64,000 nt of DNA from Octopus bimaculoides (lineage: Eukaryota): positions 133,623,641 through 133,687,640 of the forward strand of contig NC_068981.1 of assembly GCF_001194135.2 (NCBI RefSeq), in the 5' to 3' direction. This document shows positions 24,130 to 36,872 of this stretch, one piece after another. The stretch's first letter is position 1. Each line of letters opens with the position of its first letter. The position numbers were made by a program, and so were the translations under genes. The notes beneath the pieces were generated by a model. That model did not search any database. It saw nothing but the letters and a program-made list of their open reading frames with translations, and was not told the origin of the DNA.

Positions 24130-24600
24130 AATAGGAGTAACTAATTTACATGGGGTGGGCACTACAGGACTTTAAGAGTTCAGGTGTTGACTACAGAAAT
24201 TTATTCTGTGTAAATCTGTATCAACAATAATCATTAAGTGTAAATTTCCAAAATAACTCAGCTGAAATAATGAGACCGTTATTTCGATAAACACCATACT
24301 GTATATGATTAAACTCATATGATAATGATAAATTATAAAGTCTAATACGATCACAAATTTCCACAGAGTCTGGGAGCCCCACAGCTATATCAAAAGAATT
24401 GGCATCGTTCTTCTTTTTCCATAGATCATTATCGTAAGAAAGCAAACATCTTGCATGAACGATTCTTTTATATCAGAATCACTGTCCAAAATATAATTCT
24501 TGGTGAAGATTAATACATTTGGACCGAAGAATTAGGTATCGAAGGATAAAATTCAATGATGATAAACATGCTTATAACTAACACTACTGAACCAATGGAT
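24130..24600 (-). mobile_element. Penelope-like element RT fragment, decayed
   Basis: LWKKKNDANSFDIAVGLPDSVEICDRIRLY...YGVYRNNGLII resembles the PLE pattern W.KK...FDVTMGS.DGAE.CELVGL...GLYRDDGL; upstream 'LSFDT*FF' resembles 'SFDI..FYP'. Confidence 0.72.
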
Positions 24601-26054
24601 TACAGAAGTACTGTCATTATAATCGGTTGTTTGGATAATTATTCGTTTGGATGAATGTGTTTAAGATAACTTTACTCACTATATTTTAATTCATATGATG
24701 AATTATAATATTCTATAGTGAGTCTTTTAACTTAATTAGAAGAATGCGACCCAAATGAACGACCGCCAGATTTCAACAGAATTTTTAACAATTCAAAGAA
24801 CATTTTTGTATACTAAGATAAAAAATTAAATTTTTTATGAAATCAGCAACATTGTTCATAATTAAAAATTATATTACTAATATTGATTAAAAAAATTATA
24901 AGTAAATCTAATTTCATTAATTTTATTACTCATGATACTAAATCCAATTTCATTAAGTTAATAATTAGCGAGTTAAAAATAATTGACAGGGTTGAGTGTT
25001 TTGGTTGAATATACGCTAATCATTCGTAAAGTTCAAACATTCATACTTGCTGTCTATTTCTAACTCGGTAGTTATTTACTTGGCTTCTAAATGAATTAAA
25101 TTACATATAATGTTATTAATCATTTTATAAGAACAAGTAAATAATATTAAATAAAACCCTGCTATATGTATCACTGCTAATCTCATTAAAAATTACGTTT
25201 TGCCCAAATGGACATAAATGTTCTTCGAAAGTTGAAACGTTTTAATTAGTCTTTAAATAAATTCTGTTGAAATCTGTTGGACGTTTTTTTTTTTTAATCT
25301 CAAGTTGAAAAGACCTAATTCGAATGTTTCCAACAGCTTGTTTTTATGTGAATATTTTTAGGTCTTAAAGCTAAACATTTTTATGCAGTAACATATCAGG
25401 GTCATCTTTACAGCCAAGAAATGCCTTCTGAAAAATACCTCTCTCCAACTACCTGAAAATTTGATATTTGGTAAATATTTTTTCCTTTTGACATTTTCAT
25501 TGCTAATCAATTTGCATGCAGAGTTGTTGCAATATATCTATCTCTTCTTTTGTCCTCCACCCATCCATCCGTTTCTTTTAGATTTTTTTCTTTGTTTTTC
25601 GATCCTGGATAGTCAGCTTGTTTATGCCGTACGGGCCGATTGCTGCTTGGTCTTTCTGCAGTCGGGGTATTTGTTTCTACGTAGCCTAATGCTACTCCTA
25701 CTAACTCTAAATTTCCTAAGATATTTACATAAGTTTTTCATTAGATTCTATCATCTTAACTTTAAATTTTACAGTTAAGCAATACAGCTCACTTTTTCCA
25801 TACATTCTTTTATTAAAAAGCCTTATTTGAATTTTTTTCACTGCTATCATAACTGACAGGGTATCACGTTTCAAACAGAGGTATTTTAAATTAAATAATC
25901 ACTTTTAAACGCCAAAGTGTACAACCACTCACCACCAACGTGTTGAGAGAATTAACAAATGTCAGGGATGAGTTCGCTACGCATAAATTTTCATAACTGC
26001 AGGCAGTGAAGTGGAAACCATAGTAATTAAAATGTCAGTACTACTACTCTCAAT

Positions 26055-26185
26055 ATTATTTTCTACTCTAGGCACAAGGCCCGAAATTTTGGGGGAGGGG
26101 ACCAGTATGCAACTGGTGCTTAATTTATCGACCCCGAAAGGATGAAAGGCAAAGTCGACCTCGGCGGAATTTGAACTCAGAACGT
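26055..26185 (-). mobile_element. SINE family A, 5'-truncated, with internal deletion
   Basis: B-box and body present; A-box absent. Confidence 0.88.
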
Positions 26186-26632
26186 ACACAAGCACATAAC
26201 ACCTGAACACAGACAATATACACACACATACGATGGATTATATTGTTGAGATTTTACTGTTTTGATCGGAGACTATTTGCAGTCGCGGGGATAGAAGATG
26301 AACCGCCAAAAATTTAGCCGTAATATAAAAACACTCCGATTCAAACATTTGGTATATATAAATACCTCGACGATTGTGTGTGTATGACGAGAATTTGTAA
26401 GTAGTTGTATTTACTATATATAAATACAGAAGTAAATAATTTATCAGTGACAGTTGTAGCTTTTAGTTTGAGATAGATGTCATTTTTATTAATTGAAACG
26501 AGTGATTCGTAGATATTTTCGCACACACCCACTTGTAATAAACAACCAGATTTATGTGTATCTATGTTCCACGTGCTTTTACGATGATCTCGTAACTCTG
26601 GATAAATTATGAATATAACATTTTCCAAATTG

Positions 26633-26678
<46 letters not shown>

Positions 26679-26893
26679 GAGTACTCAGAGAGCGCAAACC
26701 TCCGCCAAGGCAACACCAACGTCCTCTCAACGATTAGCCAGAGATGATTTTTAAAATAGCTGAAATAAACACGACTGCTCTCATGAACGAGAATACTAAA
26801 AATGAACCCGACCACTCTTAAATATTAAGTAACAAAACGGGGAAAATAATTCAGAATCTTTGTCCGGTACCGGATCGATCAAAAACTCTAATC

Positions 26894-27956
26894 TGTGCGT
26901 GCTATTGGTGAATTGCTGTTGTTTGATTGTTTTTGTGAAGCTTTTGTGCTGCTTTGCAGTGGTATTTGAGGGTCGTGCTTTTTCTCCGTGTTGAGGGGAA
27001 TTAGATGGACCAAATGGCGAAAAAAATGTTCTATTCTGACCTGAGTGGGTCAGAATTGTCATCCTCGGAAGATGAACTGGCAAGGGCTCTCTACAAAATG
27101 GATGAAGTTTTGAAGGAGAAGAAGAGCTTTGCAGAAATAGCAGAGGTTAAATCATGTGAGGTGGACCTCACGAAAATGTTGAAATATCAGAAAATGGCAA
27201 CGAAAGTGGGTGGAGAAGTGAAACTGTCGCCACCGCAGAAAATAATGGAAAGAATGGAAAGAAGAACGATAACGTATAAAGTAATTGCAGCAGAAAAAAA
27301 TAAAGTGGAAATTATGGAAATCGAAACGATAGAAAAGGCGCTGAGGATAGTAACGAAAGATGTAATATTCCTTTCACGGGGTAATAAATTCGGTACAATA
27401 GTTGTACAGTTCAAGTCGGAAGACGCAGCAAAAAGGGTGGCTATAAAAACGGTGAAAACTGAGAATGTAGTCCTTCTACCCATGTATCTTGGAAGCAGGA
27501 CATCCAGGGTCAGAGTAGAAGGAATACCACCGGATATGGAAGCGGCTTGGGTGGAGGCGGCTGTACTCCTCGGAAGCGAGGAAAAGGTGTCCGTTATCCA
27601 GGCCACATCAACTGAAGACGGGACGTGGAAGGGGAAAACATTGCAGATGAACATCCAAAGTGAGAAAGAAACGCTAGAAAAATTGACAGAGACGATAACC
27701 ATAGGCGATATAAGTCTGAGAGTGTGGGTGGAGGGCAGAATCCCTCGCTGTTATAAATGTGACCTGAAGGGCCACATTAGAGCGAATTACCCTCCACCGA
27801 ACAAAGAAGCAGAAGAGCGGAATACACAGGAGATACTAAAAAACTAACAAGAAAAAATAGAGAGCACAGAAGAGTCAATACCGGCGGAAGAAGAAAACGA
27901 AGAAACGGAGTGGAAGGCAAGTAAAAGTTCAAAAAGAAAAAGGAAGAATGTAGGCT
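26894..27956 (+). mobile_element. Second ORF1-type retroelement (divergent paralogue of 8837-10689); 3' end in gap
   Basis: HINE similarity stops at 'ctaatc' (26893); TG-rich leader; ORF1 follows. Confidence 0.8.
27005..27956 (+). pseudogene. gag-like ORF1 (RRM-like + degenerate zinc knuckle), in-frame stop at 27845-27847
   Basis: RGNKFGTIVVQFKSED...LLPMYLGSRTSRVRVEGIPP aligns with RGKKYGTVEVRFASEE...LLPTYCGKRAARVRIGRAPP; knuckle CYKCDLKGHIRANY (last Cys replaced by Tyr); the frame continues acidic/basic past the stop to the gap. Confidence 0.88.
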
Positions 27957-28989
27957 NNNNNNNNNNNNNNNNNNNNNNNNNNNNNNNNNNNNNNNNNNNN
28001 NNNNNNNNNNNNNNNNNNNNNNNNNNNNNNNNNNNNNNNNNNNNNNNNNNNNNNNNNNNNNNNNNNNNNNNNNNNNNNNNNNNNNNNNNNNNNNNNNNNN
28101 NNNNNNNNNNNNNNNNNNNNNNNNNNNNNNNNNNNNNNNNNNNNNNNNNNNNNNNNNNNNNNNNNNNNNNNNNNNNNNNNNNNNNNNNNNNNNNNNNNNN
28201 NNNNNNNNNNNNNNNNNNNNNNNNNNNNNNNNNNNNNNNNNNNNNNNNNNNNNNNNNNNNNNNNNNNNNNNNNNNNNNNNNNNNNNNNNNNNNNNNNNNN
28301 NNNNNNNNNNNNNNNNNNNNNNNNNNNNNNNNNNNNNNNNNNNNNNNNNNNNNNNNNNNNNNNNNNNNNNNNNNNNNNNNNNNNNNNNNNNNNNNNNNNN
28401 NNNNNNNNNNNNNNNNNNNNNNNNNNNNNNNNNNNNNNNNNNNNNNNNNNNNNNNNNNNNNNNNNNNNNNNNNNNNNNNNNNNNNNNNNNNNNNNNNNNN
28501 NNNNNNNNNNNNNNNNNNNNNNNNNNNNNNNNNNNNNNNNNNNNNNNNNNNNNNNNNNNNNNNNNNNNNNNNNNNNNNNNNNNNNNNNNNNNNNNNNNNN
28601 NNNNNNNNNNNNNNNNNNNNNNNNNNNNNNNNNNNNNNNNNNNNNNNNNNNNNNNNNNNNNNNNNNNNNNNNNNNNNNNNNNNNNNNNNNNNNNNNNNNN
28701 NNNNNNNNNNNNNNNNNNNNNNNNNNNNNNNNNNNNNNNNNNNNNNNNNNNNNNNNNNNNNNNNNNNNNNNNNNNNNNNNNNNNNNNNNNNNNNNNNNNN
28801 NNNNNNNNNNNNNNNNNNNNNNNNNNNNNNNNNNNNNNNNNNNNNNNNNNNNNNNNNNNNNNNNNNNNNNNNNNNNNNNNNNNNNNNNNNNNNNNNNNNN
28901 NNNNNNNNNNNNNNNNNNNNNNNNNNNNNNNNNNNNNNNCAAACAAACAAACACGACTAAATACAATACTTGCTTTCGCTAAGGCAGAG

Positions 28990-28993
<4 letters not shown>

Positions 28994-29021
<28 letters not shown>

Positions 29022-29082
29022 AAGAAGAAGAAGAAGAAGAAGAAGAAGAAGAAGAAGAAGAAGAAGAAGAAGAAGAAGAAGA
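28994..29082. repeat. (GAA)n microsatellite
   Basis: Read directly; abuts the HINE 3' end. Confidence 0.98.
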
Positions 29083-29280
29083 ATGATGATGATGGTAATC
29101 AATGTTATAATTATTATTATTACTTCCTCAACTACTACTACTACTACTACTACTATAACAACAGCAAATAAATTATGGAGGTTAGAAAAGGGGAAAATTG
29201 CCCATAATAATAGTTACCATAGGAAAGTTAAAAGGAAGTAATGCAGACCAAACACATAAAAAGAACTAAGGCTACAAACA

Positions 29281-29568
29281 TGGAAAGTACTTGGCCTTAG
29301 CGGAATTTGAGCTAAGAACGTAAAGAGCTGGAAAAAATGTCGCTAGGCCTTTTTCCGAGGCTCTAGTGATTCTATTAGAGCAATTTCGGGACGGGGCATA
29401 AGTCGATTGCATTGACCCTAGTGATCAACTGGTACTTATTTTATCGACCCCGATAGCAAGAAATGCAAAGCCGACGTCGGCGGAATTTGAACTCAGAACA
29501 TAAAGACGGTTGAAATACCACTAAGCATTTTGTCCAGCGTGCTAACGATTCCGTCGGCTCGCAGCCTT
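29281..29568 (-). mobile_element. Two tandem SINE family A copies (29281-29372 head fragment; 29378-29568 near complete)
   Basis: Two B-box motifs 'cggaatttga(g/a)ct', each with an adjacent head. Confidence 0.82.
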
Positions 29569-29799
29569 TATATAATTGTTTCTAATATGGTAATTTAGTT
29601 TCCTTTTACTGTTAGCTGTTCATGCATAGAGCTGACAGAGAGTGACAAATGACAAGTATACTGAATGGAAGCGTTCAATTAGAAGCACTAAACAAGAAAC
29701 TATGAAGCCTGATTTTTATATTCGTTTTACTTAACGTTCTCTTCAAGTTGTAATTTTGTTTCCTTTAAAATATTGGCTTCTTTCCACCAGTTATAAAGT

Positions 29800-29960
29800 C
29801 ACATTTTAAGAGATGATCTATTGACGTAGGGGATTTCATTTTTTTTCCAATACGTAATTGAAATGATATAGCTACAACCATTCTGTATATCAAGGACAAA
29901 GTCAACTTTTTGTAGATGTAAAGTTATCCTAGACTGAAACTGTCTAAAAACATTATCGAC
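29800..29960 (-). mobile_element. Penelope-like RT C-terminal fragment
   Basis: FRQFQSRITLHLQKVDFVLDIQNG...YWKKNEIPYVNRSS resembles PLE 'F...GL.IT...VDFLDVTL.L..G.Y.PY.KPN...YVN..SNHP'. Confidence 0.5.
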
Positions 29961-30349
29961 ACTGGACTGAGAAAACGAAGCATTGTGCAAAAATAAAATA
30001 CAGTTGGATTTTAATATTATCCTTTCACAACGTAATTTGTCTTTAAGAATTACATGTCATTAAGGGAAAAGGGTTAATTGACAGATTAATTAGAATGAGA
30101 TGTGTTAAGAGGGAATTGAGACTTGGTAGAAAGTCTAATACAGAATTCTAACGTGAAAGACCTCATTTGTTACAAAAGAAAACTTCTTGAAATAATTAAG
30201 GCATCAGCTGGTGTGAGATAATATTTCAGTTAATTAATGTTAAGACATTGACGGAAGCGCTTTAACTTGAATATTTCGATAACATGGTGCCTTTAGATGT
30301 AATACAGTTAATTTATCGAAGACATATAATGATCTGAGTGGATGTAACA

Positions 30350-30546
30350 CTGGTTTCAAATTTTGGCACAAGGCCAACAATTTCGGGGAAAGGAATAAGT
30401 CGATTACATGGACCCTAGATATCAACTGGTGCTTATTTCATTTACTACGAAAGAATGAAAGGCAAAGTCGATCTTGGGGGGAATTTGAACTCAGAACATA
30501 AAGAAGAACGACATGCCACTAAGCATTTTCCCCAGCTCGCTGCCTT
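30350..30546 (-). mobile_element. SINE family A
   Basis: Family body and head with a small internal deletion. Confidence 0.88.
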
Positions 30547-31012
30547 GAGAGGATGTAATATGAAAAGAGATAAAATATTTCAGTGGATTATATATAGAAA
30601 TGGAAGATCATATCTCACTAAGCCTAAGAGTGAGACATATTATAGTTATAGTATCCCTTGTGCTTAGATGGTGTCATATACATGTAAACCTACATATACA
30701 ATACATGTACAAGCATGTCAGATTCACATATTTCTCTGTAAATTTAATTGAATTTGAATCCTTATTGAAGTTTCAACAGAAGTTCCTGCATCACTTGACC
30801 ATTCCCATTGAATCCATTTACATACACATCAAAACTTGTAACTTAAACAAAACTAAAGCTACTAATTTGCGTACTATGATCATTTAATGCTTTAAAACCA
30901 GGGTCCTACCAACAAGGAACCCAATCCGCACAGTATGAAGGTATAATATCTTTTATTTCTTATCATTTGACTGCAGTCATGAATATATGTATATATAAAA
31001 TAAGCTAAACTT

Positions 31013-31091
<79 letters not shown>

Positions 31092-31621
31092 NNNNNNNNN
31101 NNNNNNNNNNNNNNNNNNNNNNNNNNNNNNNNNNNNNNNNNNNNNNNNNNNNNNNNNNNNNNNNNNNNNNNNNNNNNNNNNNNNNNNNNNNNNNNNNNNN
31201 NNNNNNNNNNNNNNNNNNNNNNNNNNNNNNNNNNNNNNNNNNNNNNNNNNNNNNNNNNNNNNNNNNNNNNNNNNNNNNNNNNNNNNNNNNNNNNNNNNNN
31301 NNNNNNNNNNNNNNNNNNNNNNNNNNNNNNNNNNNNNNNNNNNNNNNNNNNNNNNNNNNNNNNNNNNNNNNNNNNNNNNNNNNNNNNNNNNNNNNNNNNN
31401 NNNNNNNNNNNNNNNNNNNNNNNNNNNNNNNNNNNNNNNNNNNNNNNNNNNNNNNNNNNNNNNNNNNNNNNNNNNNNNNNNNNNNNNNNNNNNNNNNNNN
31501 NNNNNNNNNNNNNNNNNNNNNNNNNNNNNNNNNNNNNNNNNNNNNNNNNNNNNNNNNNNNNNNNNNNNNNNNNNNNNNNNNNNNNNNNNNNNNNNNNNNN
31601 NNNNNNNNNNNNNNNNNNNNN

Positions 31622-32663
31622 ATGAAAATAACACTAACATCTCATTTTAACAGATATATTTACCAAATTACATAAAAACTATCCTGAAATACTAAAGAGT
31701 AAATTTATTCAATAAAATCGCTATTGGCTTCAACCACGACTTCCAGACGACTTCGGAACCTCCCGCAACTCTTCTGGACGGTCCCCTTGTTTAAGTTGGT
31801 CAATGCTGCCATTATCCTTGCTTTCAATCATCTTTGGTGTTACAAGGAGTTTTGTTAGTCTCTCGCTCAACTGCGCCCCACACATAATAATCAAGAGGGT
31901 TGTAGTCTGAGAAGTTAGGTGGCCAGATGTTAGAGGTGATGTGGTCACAGAAATTGTCTGACAGCCATGACTGAGTTCTCTTGCTTTGTGGCATGGTATA
32001 GCGCCCTGTTGCCTGACAAGGTCTTCCAGCAGCCACCCTCTTGACCCTGGGCAGCACTACCTCTTCCAGGCACTTGATATAGGTCTCCATGTTGAGTCTG
32101 AGGCCGTGTGTGAAGATGAATAGAGGCATAACGTCGCCATCAGTAGTGATCACTCAAAACAGCATGATGTTGACTGGATGTTTGATTTTATCCTGCTTGG
32201 TACATGTCCTCAATTTGTCACTCAAACACTCTGAAATGCTGGTATTGAAGCTTCTGGCGCGAATGCCAAACAGTACAGCATGTCGTTTCCAAATTTCTGT
32301 CAGAGTGAATTGCGTCATGGTACTGTTTTTCTCACAGACGTATTATTAAAGTATATCACTAATGTTTGTGTTACTCTGAAAGAATTGTTTTCATGTTCCT
32401 AACTAAGAGAAAAATTGAGCTAACAAATCCTGAGCCCTAATGGTGTTCAATTTTGTCACTTTTTTCCTTTAACGAAAAAAAAAAAAGAACTCGGTGATTA
32501 TTTAATTTACAGACGTTTCTAAGTTGTCCTGTGATAACGGTAACACATTCACAAGGACACAGGGATTGATGCGATGCTGTGTAGTCGACAAAATCAAAAA
32601 CAAACAATGCGCATGCGCGAAATTAAAACTATAAAATGCCGACAATTTACCCATCGCACCCTG
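31622..32663 (-). mobile_element. mariner/maT (DD37D) internally deleted transposon carrying a 243-bp foreign insertion
   Basis: VITTDGDVMP...WLSDNFCDHITSNIWPPNFSDYNPLDYYVWGAVERE; TIR CAGGGTGCGATGGGTAAATTGTCGGC followed by TA at 32664-32665. DD37D spacing is taken from 'QQDSAPCH' in the sister copy at 36239. Confidence 0.92.
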
Positions 32664-33200
32664 TATATATAAAATCAGAAGGTATGTGAGGCGAATATAT
32701 ATTTATTTCACCAAGTGACTTCCATACAACTACTGACGTTTCGCTATTAATGTCAATATGGAAGAAATTATGCATATATGTTTCCATTAATTTGTATGAT
32801 CAGTAATATACAATTGTCTATTCAAACATCAATGCAAATAAAGAATGCTAGCTCGACAGATCACTGGAACTTCATGATTATACCAACAATTCAACTCGAT
32901 GAGCATTCTGTGATAGCTACACAATTCTCTAAATCCACAACTTACACTACTCATTTGTGTGTGTGTGTGTGTGTGTGTGTGGCATGACAGAGTCTCATAA
33001 AAAGACACATGTTACTTACCTGGCTATTGTATTCGTATGTAATACTTAGCATATGCTGTTGCTATTGTTGCCGCTACGGCTACGAGTACTACCACCACCA
33101 CCATGCCACCACCACCACCACCATGCCACCACCACCACCATGACTACTACAGTACAGTTAAGGTTGACTAACATTTTTTTCTGCAATATTATGGAACATT

Positions 33201-33443
33201 CGTATTATTAAAGTATATCACTAATGTTTGTGTTACTCTGAAAGAATTGTTTTCATGTTCCTAACTAAGAGAAAAATTGAGCTAACAAATCCCGAGCCCT
33301 AATGGTGTTCAATTTTGTCACTTTTTTCCTTTAACGAAAAAAAAAAAAGAACTCGGTGATTATTTAATTTACAGACGTTTCTAAGTTGTCCTGTGATAAC
33401 GGTAACACATTCACAAGGACACAGGGATTGATGCGATGCTGTG
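33201..33443 (+). repeat. Donor copy of the 243-bp segment duplicated at 32339-32581
   Basis: One mismatch found by eye (cccgag versus cctgag). Confidence 0.95.
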
Positions 33444-33514
33444 AAACAATTCATATCCTCCTGTAAGGAAACACTATCAGCTGTTGCTTTCTAGAACTTC
33501 TCAATGCACCTACA

Positions 33515-33965
33515 GGAGTAAGCATGGCTGAGTGGTTAAGGAGGTCGTTCTGCAACAACGTGGTCTCGGGTTCAGTTCCGCTGCACACACCTTGCACAAG
33601 TGTCTTTGATTGTAGAATCAGATCGGCCAGTCCTTTTGTGCGTGAGCTTTAATTGAAGGAAACTAAAAAGAAACTCATCGGATAGGTAGATAGATAGATA
33701 GATAGATAGATAGGTAGATAGATATGTGTAGTATATAGATATGTATGTGTGCTTTTGAGCTTGCGTTCGTCTTTCTTCGGCGCTTGACAGCCGGTGTTGG
33801 CTTGTTTGCGTCCTTGTAACCCAACACTTCAGCAAAAGTGACTAACAGAATAAGTACCAGACTGAAAAATGAATACTGGAATCGGTATGTGCGGCTAAAC
33901 CCATCTAGGTGGTGCCCCAGCATGGCCTCAGTTCAATAACTGAACCAACTAAAAGATGAAAGATA
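33515..33965 (+). mobile_element. SINE family C, full length, decayed, with internal (GATA)n
   Basis: Head 'atggctgagtggttaag...gggttcagttcc', core 'caccttgcacaagtgtctt', tail 'ggtgccccagcatggcc'. Confidence 0.85.
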
Positions 33966-34620
33966 AGCAAATAAAGTAAAATAAAATAAAGTAAAGTAAA
34001 ATAAAATAAAGAGCATATTTTTCGATGAGATCGATCCAAGCTATTTGTTCTCAAACATTCGACGTGTTACATTTACCAATTTACTGGTGAAATATGAGCT
34101 GGTTGTCGTTGACATAATTTCATTTACCATTTCTTTGGAAGCTACATATAAGAGATGTTTCTAGGTGTAGTTGCATAAATACATAGCAGCAACGTACACA
34201 AGTGGGACAGACAGAAAGGAAAACGTCAGTCTAGATATTATTAATGTCCAATGATTACATTAACGTGCATAGAGGGCTCTCGTCACCAACACTCTAAACT
34301 GAAAGCATTGAACAGATGGCAAGACTTCGTATCTCATACCAACATAGATTTTCTATTTAATTTTCTAGTCCTTTTCATACGTAACACACTTGCAAATATG
34401 TAACTATATCTATTTACTCACACGCATTCAATTGTGCATATGTAATCATCAGATTCATACATAAAGACAAATACATACACGGAATAGTAGAGACACATGG
34501 AGACGCAGATACAGACTCAACAATGCTTATACGTGCTTTTATTCACTCACAAAATAGAAAACAAACTCATAAATATAGAAACACTATAATGCACATAGAC
34601 ATACATACATACATACATTA

Positions 34621-34681
<61 letters not shown>

Positions 34682-35054
34682 ATATATATATATATGCATG
34701 TGTGTGTGCCTATATATAATATCTAAGTATTTGATATATAAACACACACACAAATGCACAGGCAATCACGCACGCACGTGTGTGCACACACACACACACA
34801 CATACACACACACATATATGCGCAATCAGGTTCAGGTACACAATGCCAAATACTTATATCTGTATGGGCCAATAAGTATATGCCTTTATATAAAAGTGCG
34901 TGTTTGTATGTATATAATGTGTATGAGTGTATATAAATCCATATATACATATACATATATATATTTATATATACATACATACATACATAATGCACAAAAA
35001 CGCACATGTATATATACACACACCCGTGTGCATATACATATATANNNNNNNNNN

Positions 35055-35107
<53 letters not shown>

Positions 35108-36088
35108 TGATGCAGACACATTTACCGATTGTCTGATATTTACTGCAACCACTTACACGCAGACACACAAAAGTTTGTCGATAAAGATGCATGCGTACAG
35201 ATATAGAGAGAAAGGAGAGAGAGAGACAGACAGTTAAACGCATACTGATCTACATTCAGAAACATGATTATTGACACATTCGCACACATGTCTGCTTGAA
35301 CCAATCACTTTAATGGCTCAGGTGATGTAGATAACATATTTATCAACCTGAGTGATCGATCTATAGTAAATGGGAGAGAAGTAAATAAAAATAGCACTGT
35401 GAAAATATCGATGTAGGACAAACGGACTTTTCACTTGTCATGTCTGAAACTCACACAACATTATGATACATGTACGTGTAAAGTTACTGTATGCATGCAA
35501 GTACGTATATATGTACATATTTATGTGCGTGTGTGTGTATATATGTATGTATGTATGTATGTCTTGTACAGATACATTATATATATATATATATATATAT
35601 ANNNNNNNNNNNNNNNNNNNNNNNNNNNNNNNNNNNNNNNNNNNNNNNNNNNNNNNNNNNNNNNNNNNNNNNNNNNNNNNNNNNNNNNNNNNNNNNNNNN
35701 NNNNNNNNNNNNNNNNNNNNNNNNNNNNNNNNNNNNNNNNNNNNNNNNNNNNNNNNNNNNNNNNNNNNNNNNNNNNNNNNNNNNNNNNNNNNNNNNNNNN
35801 NNNNNNNNNNNNNNNNNNNNNNNNNNNNNNNNNNNNNNNNNNNNNNNNNNNNNNNNNNNNNNNNNNNNNNNNNNNNNNNNNNNNNNNNNNNNNNNNNNNN
35901 NNNNNNNNNNNNNNNNNNNNNNNNNNNNNNNNNNNNNNNNNNNNNNNNNNNNNNNNNNNNNNNNNNNNNNNNNNNNNNNNNNNNNNNNNNNNNNNNNNNN
36001 NNNNNNNNNNNNNNNNNNNNNNNNNNNNNNNNNNNNNNNNNNNNNNNNNNNNNNNNNNNNNNNNNNNNNNNNNNNNNNNNNNNNNNNN

Positions 36089-36143
<55 letters not shown>

Positions 36144-36238
36144 ATGTGCACATACATAAATACATATATAAATGTGGACAATAACTCTAAAAATTCATAC
36201 TTATATATAAATACACAGATTGATAGATAAATATTATA

Positions 36239-36678
36239 CGGAGGGTGCGATGGGTAAATTGTTGCCATTTTATGTTTTTTATTTCGCGCATACGCATTGT
36301 TTGTTATTGCTTTTGTCGACTACAAAGTGTAGTAGGGTTAGTTGAGCACCGTCTGTAAGAAAGACAGCACTATGATGCAATTGCCAGAAATTTGGGAACG
36401 ACTGGCTGTACTGCCTGGGATTCCCGTCGGAAGCTCCAGTACCAACATTCCAGTGTGTTTGAGTATGAATCTGAAGATCGTGCAATCTGCTAACATGTAC
36501 CGAGAGTGATAAAAATCAAACATCCAGTCAACACAAGTGCCTGGAGGATGTAGTGCTGCCTGGGTCAAGAGGGTGTCTGCTGGAAGACCCTATGTCTGGC
36601 AACAAGACTCTGCACCATGCCACACAAGCAGGAGAACTCAGTATTGGCTGTCAGACAGTTTCTGTGACCACATTACCC
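36239..36678 (+). mobile_element. mariner/maT deletion derivative, second copy
   Basis: Same TIR and 5' region as 32582-32663; VWQQDSAPCHTSRRTQYWLSDSFCDHIT; same internal deletion junction as the 31.6-32.7 kb copy. Confidence 0.9.
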
Positions 36679-36715
36679 CTTTCAGTATTCCATGATATTT
36701 CGTATGTAGTTTTAG

Positions 36716-36872
36716 AGTGGCTGTCTGGTAAGAAGCTGGCTTCCCAACCGCATGATTCCGGGTTCAGTCCCACTGTGTGGCACCTTTGGGCAAGTGTCTT
36801 CTACTATAGCCTCGGGCCGACCAAAGCCTTGTGAGTGGATTTGGTAGGTGGAAACTGAAAGAAGCCCGTCGT
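36716..36872 (+). mobile_element. SINE family C, 5' half
   Basis: Well-preserved 'gggttcagtcccactgtgtggcacctttgggcaagtgtcttctactatagcctcgggccgacc'; runs into a gap. Confidence 0.92.

Larger units (their letters stand above)
26677..28993 (+). mobile_element. HINE-like element, copy 2, interrupted at 26893 by an ORF1 element and a gap
   Basis: 5' end AAGAGTACTCAGAGAGCGCAAACCTCCGCCAAGG after (AAT)n; 3' end (CAAA)n...CTTTCGCTAAGGCAGAGGTAA at 28940-28993, partly complementary to the 5' subterminal motif. Confidence 0.78.

Noticed and set aside
32719-32764. Minus-strand GCGAAACGTC (3' half of a hammerhead) within an 8-bp inverted repeat
   Set aside because: No CUGANGA segment upstream.
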